From the NCBI GenBank assembly GCA_016185435.1, contig JACPNN010000005.1, positions 22,588-86,587 on the forward strand: 64,000 bases of DNA, read 5' to 3'. The notes beneath the pieces are model-generated. The model saw nothing but the letters and a program-made list of their open reading frames with translations, was not told the origin of the DNA and did no database searches. A program made the position numbers and the translations under genes. Position 1 is the first letter of the stretch; the number at the start of each line of letters is the position of its first letter. This DNA is from Candidatus Aenigmatarchaeota archaeon. GTDB lineage: Archaea; Aenigmatarchaeota; Aenigmatarchaeia; QMZP01. Shown one piece after another: positions 1 through 10,552 of this stretch.

Positions 1-77
1 GGGAAAAGACGCCTGTAATAACCATGCTGCAGAAGGCGAAGGAGAAGCTTGAGAAACAGAAAGAATGAGCCGTTTCC

Positions 78-1124
78 TCATAAGCCATCCACTGACAATT
101 TGCTGTACATCGGCCTATAATTCCCCTCCCTTCCGAACAATTCCATATCAATTCTGTTGTGCCTTGGGTTCAGCAGCCAGCCGTCCTCATACAGCATGCG
201 ATGCTGCCTCGAGGGAAAAACAAGCCTGACTGTTTTCCTGTTCGGCAGTTTTGGTTTTGAGAGAGTCGATTTCAAACCTGTTTTTTTTGCCATTGCCTCA
301 ACCTGCTCCATGAGCTGGCTGCGCTTGTCGGCCAGAGAAATGGAACGATTGCTTCTGTTTATACTTCCGCCTGCGGAAAGGCAGCCCATTATAAATCCAG
401 AGCCTTGCACCCCTGAGAAATCTATGCCAATCATATCCGGAAAACCAAGTTCACTATGCCAGTTTACAAGCCCTTGAGAAGAGACGACGTAATGCTTCGG
501 ATTTCTCTTGTCAGGCTCAAGCTTCAGGCCATATATCCTCCTGAATTCATTCTCCACATAATTCCTGTAAAACTCTTCATCGCCCCTTTTTCTCGAAAAT
601 ATCAGATTATATATTTTTTCCCTCATAATCACACAGGCACCAAAATATGTTATTCCCAGCATTATGGTTTCAGGAACGCCAAGAGCCTCAGGAATCCTTA
701 ATTCTTTCCTCAGGTCACTGTTGCTCCATTCTACATCCATCATGTCGAGGTTGCCTTTATATCCGCCGAACTTCTTCCGCAAATAATGGATTGGAGGGAA
801 GTCACTTTCTTCCTCATAGGCGACAAATTCCCTTACAATCCTGTCTCCGCGGAATTTTGCCTGCATGAGGCTGGATTGCCTGTCAACAAGCATTGCTATC
901 GCCGTGTTCGTTATATGGTCCTTTTTACCCTTGTATACATACATCTCCGCAGCCTTTATTATCCTTTCCTCTTCGGAAGCAGGAGAGAATATCGACTTCA
1001 CCTCTTTCCGGGTGAATCCGTCGGAAAGATAATACATTCTCCCTATATCTTGGCATCTGCGGTAAGCCTCTTCAGTCACGCTTATTCTGCCGTCCCTTCC
1101 TATCGGAGGCCTGTATTTTGTCAT
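78..1124 (-). CDS. hypothetical protein (348 aa), no family recognised
   Basis: Long uninterrupted ORF on the minus strand; no motif I can assign with confidence. Confidence 0.5.
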   Translation of the reverse strand: MTKYRPPIGRDGRISVTEEAYRRCQDIGRMYYLSDGFTRKEVKSIFSPASEEERIIKAAEMYVYKGKKDHITNTAIAMLVDRQSSLMQAKFRGDRIVREFVAYEEESDFPPIHYLRKKFGGYKGNLDMMDVEWSNSDLRKELRIPEALGVPETIMLGITYFGACVIMREKIYNLIFSRKRGDEEFYRNYVENEFRRIYGLKLEPDKRNPKHYVVSSQGLVNWHSELGFPDMIGIDFSGVQGSGFIMGCLSAGGSINRSNRSISLADKRSQLMEQVEAMAKKTGLKSTLSKPKLPNRKTVRLVFPSRQHRMLYEDGWLLNPRHNRIDMELFGREGNYRPMYSKLSVDGL

Positions 1125-1591
1125 ATTTCAGCTTCCTTTTGACTTATTAATTCGATAGCTATCTATTTATTTCCGATATGATTACTTGGTTGAACTGCTG
1201 ATTCAGCTTATTCACCTCTCAAAGGCAGTAAACACCCATTTACGATATTTTTCTCTCAGCCCTTGCCATTACCATTTAAATCTGCCCTCCCACATAATCG
1301 GCATATGCCAGATGTTATCCAGGATCTCAGGGGAAGGCTTGTCACAGTCTATAGTACATTTGGCGTGGACAAGCGAGATAGATACAAGCTGGAGTTTTTG
1401 GGGACTGTCGGCAGAATGGAGACAGAAGGCCTTAAGATCAAGAGGCTACAGTTCACCGGCCCTGACAGGAAGAGGTATTTCAACGATTCCTAGCTTGATC
1501 ACCAAGAAACTGTAAACGATGTTATGATTGATGAACCTACAAGCATTTATGATATGACAGGAAAACATCTTATTTACCAGAAAGGTGGATT

Positions 1592-3001
1592 ATGGCACTC
1601 AGACTCTTCAACACCCTGACAAGAAAAAAGGAGGCTTTCAGGCCCCTGGAAGACAGGATAGTCAAGCTCTATACCTGCGGCCCTACTGTATATGATTTTG
1701 CGCATATCGGCAATTTCAGGGCTTATGTGGCCCAGGACTTGCTGAAAAGGTATCTACTGTATAAGGGCTACAAAGTGAGACATGTCATGAACCTGACTGA
1801 TGTCGATGACAAGACGATAAAAGGCTCGAGGGAGAAGAAGATGAGCCTCAGGGAATATACGGAATTCTACACAAAGGCCTTTTTTGAAGACCTTCAGCGG
1901 CTCAACATTTTAAAGGCTGAAATCATCTGCAAGGCGACAGACCATATTCAGGAGATGGTCCAGCTTACAAAAAAATTGCTCGAAAAGGGAATAGCCTATA
2001 CAGGCCAGGACGGGAGCATATACTTTTCAATTTCCAAGTTCCCCTCATACGGACAGTTTGCAAACCTTGATCTTTCGGGCCTGAAGCCAGGCGCAAGGGT
2101 AAGCCATGACACTTACACAAAGGACAGCGTATCCGACTTCGCCTTATGGAAGGCATACGGCAAGGATGACGGGAAGGTCTTCTGGGAGACGGAGATAGGG
2201 AAAGGGAGGCCCGGCTGGCATATAGAATGCTCGGCCATGAGCATGAAATATCTGGGCGAAACCTTTGATATCCATGCAGGAGGAGTCGACCTTGTCTTTC
2301 CCCACCACCAGAATGAAATAGCCCAGTCAGAGGCTGCGACAGGCAGACAATTCGTCAAATACTGGGCACATAACGAGCACCTGATAGTGAATGGCCAGAA
2401 AATGAGCAAAAGCCTGGGGAACTTCTATACTTTGCGCGACCTTGCAAAGCATGATTCCATGGCAATCCGTTTTGCCCTTCTTGCCACCCATTACAAGCAG
2501 CAGCTCGATTTTTCCTTTTCCAGCCTGGAGCAGGCCAAGGCCAATATCGAGAAGCTGCGCGAGCTGATGAGAAGTCTTAAGGCAACTGAAGGAACAGTGA
2601 AAGGAGATATGGAAAAACTGATCGAAGAAACAAAAAAGAGCTTTGAAAGGGCAATGGATGACGATCTGAATATAGCAAAGGCTATAGCATCAGTGCATCA
2701 GTTTGCAAAGGAAGTGAACATCCTGATTTCCGAAAAACAGATTTCAAGGGAGCAGGCTGCCAAGGGATATGAATTCATGCTCAGGCTTGATTCAATACTG
2801 GGGCTGAGGCTGGAAGACGTAACTGAGGAGTGGAAGCTGATTGATTCAGCTCCTCAATGGCTCAGGGAAGCGGTGGCTCAAAGAGAAGACATGAGGAAAG
2901 GAAAGAAATTCAGGGAATCAGACGAATTGAGAGAGGCAATCAGGAAGAAGGGCATACTTATTGAGGACACCGACGAAGGCGTGAGATGGAGGAAAGCGTG
3001 A
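1592..3001 (+). CDS. cysS: cysteinyl-tRNA synthetase
   Basis: Class I aaRS motifs: HIGN (HIGH-like, in CGPTVYDFAHIGNFRAY), KMSKS, and the Zn-binding Cys/His pattern (WHIECSAM...) typical of CysRS. Confidence 0.9.
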   Translation: MALRLFNTLTRKKEAFRPLEDRIVKLYTCGPTVYDFAHIGNFRAYVAQDLLKRYLLYKGYKVRHVMNLTDVDDKTIKGSREKKMSLREYTEFYTKAFFEDLQRLNILKAEIICKATDHIQEMVQLTKKLLEKGIAYTGQDGSIYFSISKFPSYGQFANLDLSGLKPGARVSHDTYTKDSVSDFALWKAYGKDDGKVFWETEIGKGRPGWHIECSAMSMKYLGETFDIHAGGVDLVFPHHQNEIAQSEAATGRQFVKYWAHNEHLIVNGQKMSKSLGNFYTLRDLAKHDSMAIRFALLATHYKQQLDFSFSSLEQAKANIEKLRELMRSLKATEGTVKGDMEKLIEETKKSFERAMDDDLNIAKAIASVHQFAKEVNILISEKQISREQAAKGYEFMLRLDSILGLRLEDVTEEWKLIDSAPQWLREAVAQREDMRKGKKFRESDELREAIRKKGILIEDTDEGVRWRKA

Positions 3002-6000
3002 TCAAATCTTCCCGAAGAACTGCAGGGCCCCGCCAATGACAATTATTATAAGGACGGCAACAGCCAGCAGCAGCGCGCCAGAATCTGCTGTCAGGGCAGT
3101 GCAGGGGGCGCAGCTGCCGCCGCAGTCGACTCCTTCCTCATTCCCGTCCTTTATGCCATTGCCGCAAGCCTGCTTCTCCGGGCAGCCCTCGTTTATCTGG
3201 CCGTCGCAGTTGTCATCAACATCATTCTCGCACGTCTCCTGCTGCGGCCCGACAGCCTTGCTGACCTCAACCCATTTGCCTTTCTGGCATATCTGTTTGC
3301 TAGGCTTGCATATCCCAACGTTCTTCCCGCCAGTTTCCATGACATCGTCTTCTTTGCAGCAGTTGCCGGCTTCGTCAATCTGCCCATTGCAGTCATTGTC
3401 AATGCCATCGCAGACCTCTGATGAAGGCAGGCCTCCATTGAAGCACTGGCATCCTGCTTCTTCCCTGCTTCTTGCCCCGCCAATATCATCCACCATGCCG
3501 TTGCAGTCATCATCCTTCCCATTGCAAACTTCCGGCTTCTTCTCATATGCTGTCTTTTCAATCCACTCCCCGCCAACACAGACTTTTTTTCTCGCTCCGC
3601 ACCCGCCTGCTGCAGGAGAAAGAAGAGCCTCATCCCCGTCATTGCATCCAAAACAGCCAAGCAGCGGCCTTTGAGGATCAGCCTGTTCATACTCATAGGT
3701 TTCGTCTGTTTTTCCGTCGCAGTCGTCATCAAGCCCATTGGCGCAGATCTCCTTCTTTTGCCCCACAGAGACATTGCCCCTGCAGATGACGCCGCTTCCA
3801 TCCAGGCTGCATGCCCATACGCCTTTGCAGATGCTGCCTTTCCAGTCATTGCACGAATTGCCCAAAATCTTCCCCGGCATGTCAAAGCCTTCATCAATCC
3901 GGCCATCGCAGTCATTGTCCCTTCCATCGCAGATTTCCAGAGCAAAAGGGCGGCTCCTGGGATCCGAATCATCGCAGTCTTCATAGTCGCAGTAGCCGTC
4001 CCTGTCATTGTCAGCGCAAGCTGCTACAGTAGCCTTTGCCGTGGAGACAGTCAGGTCAGATATGCCGACGACAGCCTCTGCCACAAAAACCTTTGTCTTA
4101 TTTGTCAGATTGTATCTGTGCTGAATGCTCCGGTTGATTCTGTTTTGCTGGCAGGACTCCCCTGAGTCACAAATGACAATTCCTGTGTCATCGCCGAAAT
4201 CAATCGACAGGCTGCTTATATTGAAATTCGCAGTGCCCTTCGGGAATGCTATGCTGAAATTAGCGTCTATTCTTGACTCAGTCACTGTCTTGCCGGTTAT
4301 GTTCAGCTCCACTTTCGGCATGACAGATATTGCCGCTGATGTCCAGTTTTTTGACTCCAGCATATCTGTCGCAGCCAGTGTCACATTGTATCTGCCCGGA
4401 TATTTGTAGGCATGCGTTATCGCTGATCCAGTGCCTGTCGAGCCGTCGCCAAAGTCCCATTTGAATTCAGTTATAGGGAATTCGTCTGCCGAATATGATT
4501 TGTCCGCGCTGAGGAATGTCGACTCGTCCGCAACCGGCAGTCCCGGGAAATATGTGAATATGGGCACCGGCACTGTCTTCTTCTTTTTGCACTCCCCGTT
4601 GCTGCATATCATCTTAAGTCTGTAGCAGTCGAAAATTTCTGAGGCGTTCTTGCTGTCCGGGGTGCAGTAATACTCATTCAGATACCGCTTGTCCACACAG
4701 CTATCATCATATGATTGCTTGAGGGCTGTGCCTGTCAGGCTTCCCTGAACCTCATAGTTCTGCCCGCCATCATCATCAACGCATCTCGCGTCAAATACGC
4801 GCACTGTTTTTGGGGAAGAGCGGGCCGAGGCCCCAAACTCGTCCGTGACTTTCAGGACAACATCATATGATTTTACCATCCTGTAGCTGTGGTATGTGTT
4901 CGGCCATGACGTCTTTTCAGTTTCCCCGTCCCCAAAATCCCACTCATAATATGCTATTTCGTCGCCATCCGGATCTTCGCTGTCCCCTGCATCAAAACTG
5001 ACATAGCCATTTACTTTCGTTCCCAGAGGGCTAATGGAGAAAATGGGCACAGGGGGGGAATTGGCAACAGGCAGGGAAGAGCTTGCATCAACCGTGACAA
5101 GCTTGCTAATGCTGCCGATTCCATCATTGTAGTAATCATACTCATTGTCAATCACAAAAAGCGTCACATTATAGACATTTGGCCGCCTGAATGCTATGTT
5201 GATTATGGGATCCCGTGAGACTGAATAATAGGACCCATTAATTCTCCAATAATATCCCCGTATCTCTCCGTCAGAATCGTAGCTTTCAGAGGCATCGAAT
5301 GTCGCGTTTTCCCTCGCCTTCGGCCTCTCCGGATAATAATTGAATTTGGCCACAGGATTGGTGTTCAGCTTTGACACAATTCTGACAGTGCCAGCCTTTG
5401 AGTTCTGGTCGCCGGTCGAATCGAATACTGTCAGTATTACAGAGTACTCTCCTGTGGATCTGTACTGGTGGGTTACTACAGATTTGGAAGTGCTGATTAT
5501 AGCGCCGTCTCCAAAGTCCCATTCATACCTTGTGATCCTGCCTTTCGTGGAATAGCTTCCGGTGGCATCAAATGTCACCTGCCTGTCTGGCAGAGCCTTT
5601 CTCGGGCTGATGGAAAAGTAGACGTGCACCGACGGCCACGAGGAGGTGACCCGTATATTCCTGCTCCTGGAGGACGAATTGCCTCCGCCATTCCTCACAG
5701 TGAGCCTGACAATATATGTCCTTTCAGACTGGAATATATGGTATGCCTGAGGCTCAATTGTAATGTCAGAATCCCCGTCGCTGTAATTCCATTCATACTG
5801 GCTTATCCCTCCCCTGGAATTCGAGGCATCAAAAAACACTTCCCGCCAGGGAGGAGGCCTGAAAGGGGAGTAGGAGAAAGCAGCTGTCAGAGGCTCGTTT
5901 TGGACAGCAATAGCCCTTGAAAAGGCTGATGTCTGGTTCCTGTTATCCTTGACTGTCAATACAGCGACATATGTGCCGGAAGTGTAGTAGGCGTGGGAGG

Positions 6001-6718
6001 TTATAATGCTTTCGTCCGACTCAATCACTGTCGTCCCGTCGCCGACATCCAAAGAATATTCTGTTATATTGCCATCAGGATCATAGCTGCCGGAAGTGTC
6101 GAACAGCACAGCTTCGGATTCGGCAGGATTCTGGGGGCTGATAGTGAAGAATGCAACAGGCAGAGCATTAGGCCTCTCGGCAGGCTGCCACGTGCCGGCC
6201 AAGCAGGTGAAGTTGCCTGTAGAGTTTGCAGCTGTCTCTCCCGGAGCCACGCATGCATTATCTCTCAGACACTCATCGGCATTGCAGCATCTCTTAGAAG
6301 TCGATAGATTAAAATTATTTCTGCAGACAACGCCGGAGCAACACTGATCTGAATCGCAGGTATCGCCTCTTGAAGAGCAAACCGGCTGCGAGACTCTAAC
6401 CACTTTGCCGGTCGAATTCCATCTGCTTGTGTTGTCAGTCAGGTTAAGGACAACGGTATAATTTCCGGCGGCTGAATAGCTGTGGCTCCTCGGGGCGGAA
6501 CTGCCGCTGACATTTGACCCGTCTCCAAAGTTCCATTTGAAGCTGGTTATTATACAGCCGCTGCATCTCGATGCAGCCGGGTCAAAGGTGACATTTGAGC
6601 CTGCCGAAGGATTCAGGGGCGTATAGCTGAATTGCGGCAAAGGGATGGCAAAAGCCAGAGGCGAAGCCAATACAGCAATAGAAAGGGCGAAAATGATGCC
6701 GTATGAAGGTGAGGCCAT
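3002..6718 (-). CDS. giant secreted surface protein: signal peptide, multiple PKD-like domains, Cys-rich CDGxDNDCDG repeats, C-terminal TM anchor
   Basis: N-terminal hydrophobic signal (MASPSYGIIFALSIAVLASPLAFA). Repeated FxYxP...VxFDASxSxDxDGxIxxYxWxFGDG blocks are PKD-like. Many DNDCDG / CxDxDDxCxG repeats. C-terminal hydrophobic stretch ALLLAVAVLIIIVIGGAL. Many N-x-S/T sequons. Confidence 0.8.
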   Translation of the reverse strand: MASPSYGIIFALSIAVLASPLAFAIPLPQFSYTPLNPSAGSNVTFDPAASRCSGCIITSFKWNFGDGSNVSGSSAPRSHSYSAAGNYTVVLNLTDNTSRWNSTGKVVRVSQPVCSSRGDTCDSDQCCSGVVCRNNFNLSTSKRCCNADECLRDNACVAPGETAANSTGNFTCLAGTWQPAERPNALPVAFFTISPQNPAESEAVLFDTSGSYDPDGNITEYSLDVGDGTTVIESDESIITSHAYYTSGTYVAVLTVKDNRNQTSAFSRAIAVQNEPLTAAFSYSPFRPPPWREVFFDASNSRGGISQYEWNYSDGDSDITIEPQAYHIFQSERTYIVRLTVRNGGGNSSSRSRNIRVTSSWPSVHVYFSISPRKALPDRQVTFDATGSYSTKGRITRYEWDFGDGAIISTSKSVVTHQYRSTGEYSVILTVFDSTGDQNSKAGTVRIVSKLNTNPVAKFNYYPERPKARENATFDASESYDSDGEIRGYYWRINGSYYSVSRDPIINIAFRRPNVYNVTLFVIDNEYDYYNDGIGSISKLVTVDASSSLPVANSPPVPIFSISPLGTKVNGYVSFDAGDSEDPDGDEIAYYEWDFGDGETEKTSWPNTYHSYRMVKSYDVVLKVTDEFGASARSSPKTVRVFDARCVDDDGGQNYEVQGSLTGTALKQSYDDSCVDKRYLNEYYCTPDSKNASEIFDCYRLKMICSNGECKKKKTVPVPIFTYFPGLPVADESTFLSADKSYSADEFPITEFKWDFGDGSTGTGSAITHAYKYPGRYNVTLAATDMLESKNWTSAAISVMPKVELNITGKTVTESRIDANFSIAFPKGTANFNISSLSIDFGDDTGIVICDSGESCQQNRINRSIQHRYNLTNKTKVFVAEAVVGISDLTVSTAKATVAACADNDRDGYCDYEDCDDSDPRSRPFALEICDGRDNDCDGRIDEGFDMPGKILGNSCNDWKGSICKGVWACSLDGSGVICRGNVSVGQKKEICANGLDDDCDGKTDETYEYEQADPQRPLLGCFGCNDGDEALLSPAAGGCGARKKVCVGGEWIEKTAYEKKPEVCNGKDDDCNGMVDDIGGARSREEAGCQCFNGGLPSSEVCDGIDNDCNGQIDEAGNCCKEDDVMETGGKNVGICKPSKQICQKGKWVEVSKAVGPQQETCENDVDDNCDGQINEGCPEKQACGNGIKDGNEEGVDCGGSCAPCTALTADSGALLLAVAVLIIIVIGGALQFFGKI

Positions 6719-6761
6719 ATAATTTAAGTTGGTCTAGCTTGCTTTTATTGGTAATATAATA

Positions 6762-9740
6762 TTGCCGCCCAATATACTTCCACATGCATGCCGGAGGATT
6801 ATGCAAAACGCATTCTATATGCTCCATCAGGATGTCCAGGCCCTGGCAGCCGAAAGGTTCGGCAGGCCGACCCCTGTCCAGCAGGCAGTGATACCAGCGC
6901 TGCTCAATAATAACGGACTCTCCGGCAAAGGGCTTTTGGTTATAGCGGAAACAGGATCCGGCAAGACAGAGGCCTGTATGCTTCCGTTATTCAGCAGGCT
7001 TGCTGAGAAGGAGCACAGGCCCATCTCCCTGCTGTACATTACCCCTCTCAGGAGCCTCAACAGGGACCTGATGAAAAGGCTCGTCTGGTGGTGCGAAAGG
7101 CTTGACATCAGCATATCCGTGAGGCATGGCGACACCTCCCAATATGAAAGGAGCATGCAGGCAGCCAACCCCGCTGAAATAATGATCCTTACCCCTGAAA
7201 CCCTTCAGGCCATCCTGGTGGGCAGGAGGATGAGGGAGCACCTGAAGAACGTCAGACATATCGTCATAGATGAAATACACGAGCTTGTCGGCAGCAAAAG
7301 GGGAAGCCAGCTTGCCGTAGGCCTGGAAAGGCTCAGGGCTGTAATAAATGAAAAAGGAGCACCTGATGCCGGAGATAAAGGAAAAGAAGAGCCTGACACA
7401 AGGCACAAAAATGCAGATGAAGAAGAAATAAATAAGGCGGATATTGAAAAAAATGAGACTGCAAAAGGGGAAAACAAGAATTCAGAGCCTTTCCAGATTA
7501 TAGGCCTTTCAGCGACAGTAGGCAATCCTGAAGAGGTGATGGCCTATCTTCATGCCGGTTCAATCCTTAACGCATTCAGCGCCAAAAGCATGCAAATTAT
7601 GGTCGAATACCCAAGAGAAAATGCCATAGACTATATCGCAAAGAAGATCGGGGAAAGCAAAAGCATGCTTATCTTTTCCAACACGCGGGAGACAGCTGAA
7701 GTGCTTTCAAGCAAGCTCAAAAGGGAGAATCTGGAGGTTGAAACACATCACTCCAGCCTTTCAAAAGAGGTGAGAGTCAAGGCTGAGGACGAATTCAAGT
7801 CAGGCAAAGTGAAAGCGATTGTATGCACATCAAGCCTGGAGCTGGGAATAGACATAGGGTCTGTAGACATGGTGCTGCAGTATGGCTCCCCCAGGCAGGT
7901 TTCAAAGCTCCTCCAAAGGGCGGGGAGGAGCGGCCACTCCTCGGGCAGGACGTCAAAGGGCCTGATAATAGCCCTTGATGCCGATGATGCTCTGGAGGCT
8001 GCTGCAATAGCAAGCCATGCAATGAAAGGGCTGATAGAGAAGGCAAGCATCTATGAGAAGCCGCTTGATGTGCTTGCCCACCAGCTTGCAGGGATGGCCT
8101 TGGACAAGTATGGCATAAGGCTGTCTGAGGCATATTCAATAGCAAAAAGGGCCTACCCCTTCAGGAACATTGAAATGCAGGAGCTTTTTGATGTCGCAAA
8201 AGCCATGGAAAGGCTGGGATTTTTCTGGATACTGGAAAGCGAAGATGGGAAACCTGAGAATTTTTCCATCAGGAGGAGGAGCAAGGCCTTTGAATACTAC
8301 AATGAAAACCTGTCCACGATACCTGTCACAAAAACTTACAGCATGATAGATGTCACAAGCAGGCAGCATGTGGCGACCCTTGATGCGGATTTCGTCTCAA
8401 TGAGCCTATACCCTTCGGCAGCATTCATCTCAAAGGGGCAGGGTTGGAAGGTAATCAGCATAGACAATGGCAAAGTTTTCGCAGAGCCCCTCGATGACAC
8501 CCAGGCAGCAGTGCCTGCGTGGCAGGGAGAGATGATACCTGTGCCGAAGGAGATAGCGAATGAGGTGGGAAAAATCAGGAGGAAAGTCAGGGAGATGCTT
8601 GAAAGCGGGACAGGCAATTCAAAGGCTGCGGCAGCAGAATATCTGGTTTCGAATTATCCTGTCAGCAAAAGCGCGGCAGAGCTGATTGCCGAGTACATTT
8701 CAAAGCAGCCGCCAGATGCGCTTGCCACTGACAGAAAGATAGTAATAGAGCACGGCATTGTGGAAAAGGAAGCATTCATGATAATCCATTCATGCAACGG
8801 CAGCAAGGCCAATGAGACTTTTGGCCGGGCTTTGGCCAGCCTGGCTCTCGGCAGGACCAGCAGCCTTGGGCTGGAAACAGATCCCTGCAGGATAATTTTC
8901 AGGCTTAAAAGGCGGTCGGACAGGTTCCATATGATGGACATGCTTGAAGGCATGTCAAAGCCGATGGTGCTGAAAGCTATCCAGCTTGGCCTGGCGGATT
9001 CAGAACTCCTGGCATGGCGTTTCAGCCATGTAGCCAGAAGATTCGGCATAATAGCAAAAGATGCCGATTATGGCAAGGTCTACCTGAAGAAGGCCGTCAA
9101 AGCCTATGTGCATCATCCGGCATACCTCGAGGCGCTCAATGAGGTGATCCAGGAAAAGCTCGACATACAGGCCGCTGAAGAGCTTGCAGAAGGCCTGAGA
9201 GATGGAACCCTTCACACGTCCAAGCATGACAGCCTTACGCCGATCGGCCTTGCAGGCATAGCAAAACGGTATGAAATAATAGCCTCTGCCCTGCCCAGCG
9301 AGGAGATACTGAGGATATTCAGGGAAAGGCTTCACAAAACAATGCTCGCCCTCGTGTGCTGCAATTGCGCCAGAATAGCCGCTATAGGAAGCGTCAAAGA
9401 ACTCCTTTCAAGGGACTTGTCCTGCAATAATTGCAGGTCAAAAATGCTTGGCATAACAAGCGTCCAAAGATCCTCCCAAATCCGGTCGGCAGTCGAAAAA
9501 AATCTTTCAAACAGGAAGCTTTCAGCAGAGGAGCAGAAGGAGCTTGACAGGCTGATGGACTCAGCAGCGCTTCTGGTAGCCTCGGGCCATCAGGCGCTGA
9601 AAGTGCTTGCAGCGAAGGGCATTGGAACCAAAACAGCGGCAAGGATACTTGCTAAAAGGAACACAGAGGACAAGCTATATGAGGATATACTGAAGGCAGA
9701 AAGGCAGTACATAAGGACCAGGGGGTTCTGGAGGGAATGA
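6762..9740 (+). CDS. lhr: Lhr-family large ATP-dependent helicase (DEAD/DEAH superfamily 2)
   Basis: Walker A (AETGSGKTEA), DEIH box (VIDEIHELVGSKRG) and a helicase C-domain (QRAGRSGH-like). ~990 aa with a Cys-rich C-terminal region. Internal low-complexity K/E/D-rich insert. Confidence 0.8.
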   Translation: MPPNILPHACRRIMQNAFYMLHQDVQALAAERFGRPTPVQQAVIPALLNNNGLSGKGLLVIAETGSGKTEACMLPLFSRLAEKEHRPISLLYITPLRSLNRDLMKRLVWWCERLDISISVRHGDTSQYERSMQAANPAEIMILTPETLQAILVGRRMREHLKNVRHIVIDEIHELVGSKRGSQLAVGLERLRAVINEKGAPDAGDKGKEEPDTRHKNADEEEINKADIEKNETAKGENKNSEPFQIIGLSATVGNPEEVMAYLHAGSILNAFSAKSMQIMVEYPRENAIDYIAKKIGESKSMLIFSNTRETAEVLSSKLKRENLEVETHHSSLSKEVRVKAEDEFKSGKVKAIVCTSSLELGIDIGSVDMVLQYGSPRQVSKLLQRAGRSGHSSGRTSKGLIIALDADDALEAAAIASHAMKGLIEKASIYEKPLDVLAHQLAGMALDKYGIRLSEAYSIAKRAYPFRNIEMQELFDVAKAMERLGFFWILESEDGKPENFSIRRRSKAFEYYNENLSTIPVTKTYSMIDVTSRQHVATLDADFVSMSLYPSAAFISKGQGWKVISIDNGKVFAEPLDDTQAAVPAWQGEMIPVPKEIANEVGKIRRKVREMLESGTGNSKAAAAEYLVSNYPVSKSAAELIAEYISKQPPDALATDRKIVIEHGIVEKEAFMIIHSCNGSKANETFGRALASLALGRTSSLGLETDPCRIIFRLKRRSDRFHMMDMLEGMSKPMVLKAIQLGLADSELLAWRFSHVARRFGIIAKDADYGKVYLKKAVKAYVHHPAYLEALNEVIQEKLDIQAAEELAEGLRDGTLHTSKHDSLTPIGLAGIAKRYEIIASALPSEEILRIFRERLHKTMLALVCCNCARIAAIGSVKELLSRDLSCNNCRSKMLGITSVQRSSQIRSAVEKNLSNRKLSAEEQKELDRLMDSAALLVASGHQALKVLAAKGIGTKTAARILAKRNTEDKLYEDILKAERQYIRTRGFWRE
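9711..9740 (+). repeat. 30-bp direct repeat copy 1 (last 30 nt of helicase gene incl. stop)
   Basis: ataaggaccagggggttctggagggaatga, identical to 10549..10578. Confidence 0.85.
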
Positions 9741-9825
9741 AGGCCTGGCGATTGCCCGGCCACCAAAATTTTTCCCCGGTCCGAGCATTTCCCGCTATTT
9801 AAATTGGGCATGCCAATATAACAAT

Positions 9826-10191
9826 ATGCGTAAGCCGAAGAGCATTATCAGTATGCAGGACATAAAAAACAGCAGAATAAGAAAAGGCGTGCGCAGCATA
9901 GTAGAGAGGCTTGAGAAGTACTACAAGCCTGAAAAAATATACCTCTTCGGCTCTGCCGCAAGGAGCGATTTCTCAGAATACAGCGACATAGATCTTCTTG
10001 TAGTAAAGGAAACAAATGAGACGAGCATACAAAGGATGTGGGAAGTATACAGGATTTTAAAGGGCAAAAGCCTGCCGGCTGATATCATTGTTCTCACACC
10101 CAGCGAACTGACAGCCAGAATAAGGTCCCAAGACCCATTTATTCTGGAGATAGTGCACCATGGGATCAATATTTATGAAAGAGTGGCTTGA
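9826..10191 (+). CDS. minimal nucleotidyltransferase (MNT) antitoxin-like protein
   Basis: GS...DxD nucleotidyltransferase motif (LFGSAARSDFSEYSDIDLLVV). Confidence 0.8.
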   Translation: MRKPKSIISMQDIKNSRIRKGVRSIVERLEKYYKPEKIYLFGSAARSDFSEYSDIDLLVVKETNETSIQRMWEVYRILKGKSLPADIIVLTPSELTARIRSQDPFILEIVHHGINIYERVA

Positions 10192-10552
10192 GAAGGCTGA
10201 GAAGGACAGCAGGGCCGCAAAAAAACTGGCATCAGACGAGCAGTTATGGGAACTTGCATGCTTTCATTGCCATCAGGCGGCGGAGAAATCCTTGAAGGCG
10301 TTCTTGGTTTTCAATAAGGGCAAGCTTCCGAGAATTCATGACCTAGAGACCTTAGCAGCCATGTGCGCCGAAATAGATAAGGATTTTGGAAGATTCGCCG
10401 ATGATGCCATATTCCTCAACCCTTTTTATATAATATCCAGATACCCTTCAGCAGCCTCAGATGTCTCCATGGATATTGTGCACGCTGCGCTGGTCGCCGC
10501 TGACACCATTATCGCAGAGGTCAGAAGGAAGATAGAAAAACAGGCCCAATAA
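10160..10552 (+). CDS. HEPN domain protein (toxin partner of MNT)
   Basis: Overlaps the MNT gene end. HEPN-like helical protein with an Rx4-6H-like region (ISRYP...H). Classic MNT-HEPN pair arrangement. Confidence 0.7.
   Translation: MGSIFMKEWLEKAEKDSRAAKKLASDEQLWELACFHCHQAAEKSLKAFLVFNKGKLPRIHDLETLAAMCAEIDKDFGRFADDAIFLNPFYIISRYPSAASDVSMDIVHAALVAADTIIAEVRRKIEKQAQ

Noticed and set aside
78-1124. Considered whether the unannotated 348-aa ORF (or the 446-aa ORF 36678..38018) could be the broad-specificity tRNA splicing endonuclease or a homing endonuclease implied by the unusual introns.
   Set aside because: I could not recognise the EndA catalytic Tyr/His/Lys context or LAGLIDADG/HNH motifs from sequence alone. 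Left as hypothetical; a profile search would be needed.
3036-6347. Numerous ORF-track ORFs on the plus strand inside the 3002..6718 surface-protein gene, and similar antisense ORFs inside the helicase, FtsZ, purA, transporter and hydrogenase genes.
   Set aside because: They are shadow ORFs of long, well-supported genes on the opposite strand (repetitive GC-rich codons). No independent motif support.
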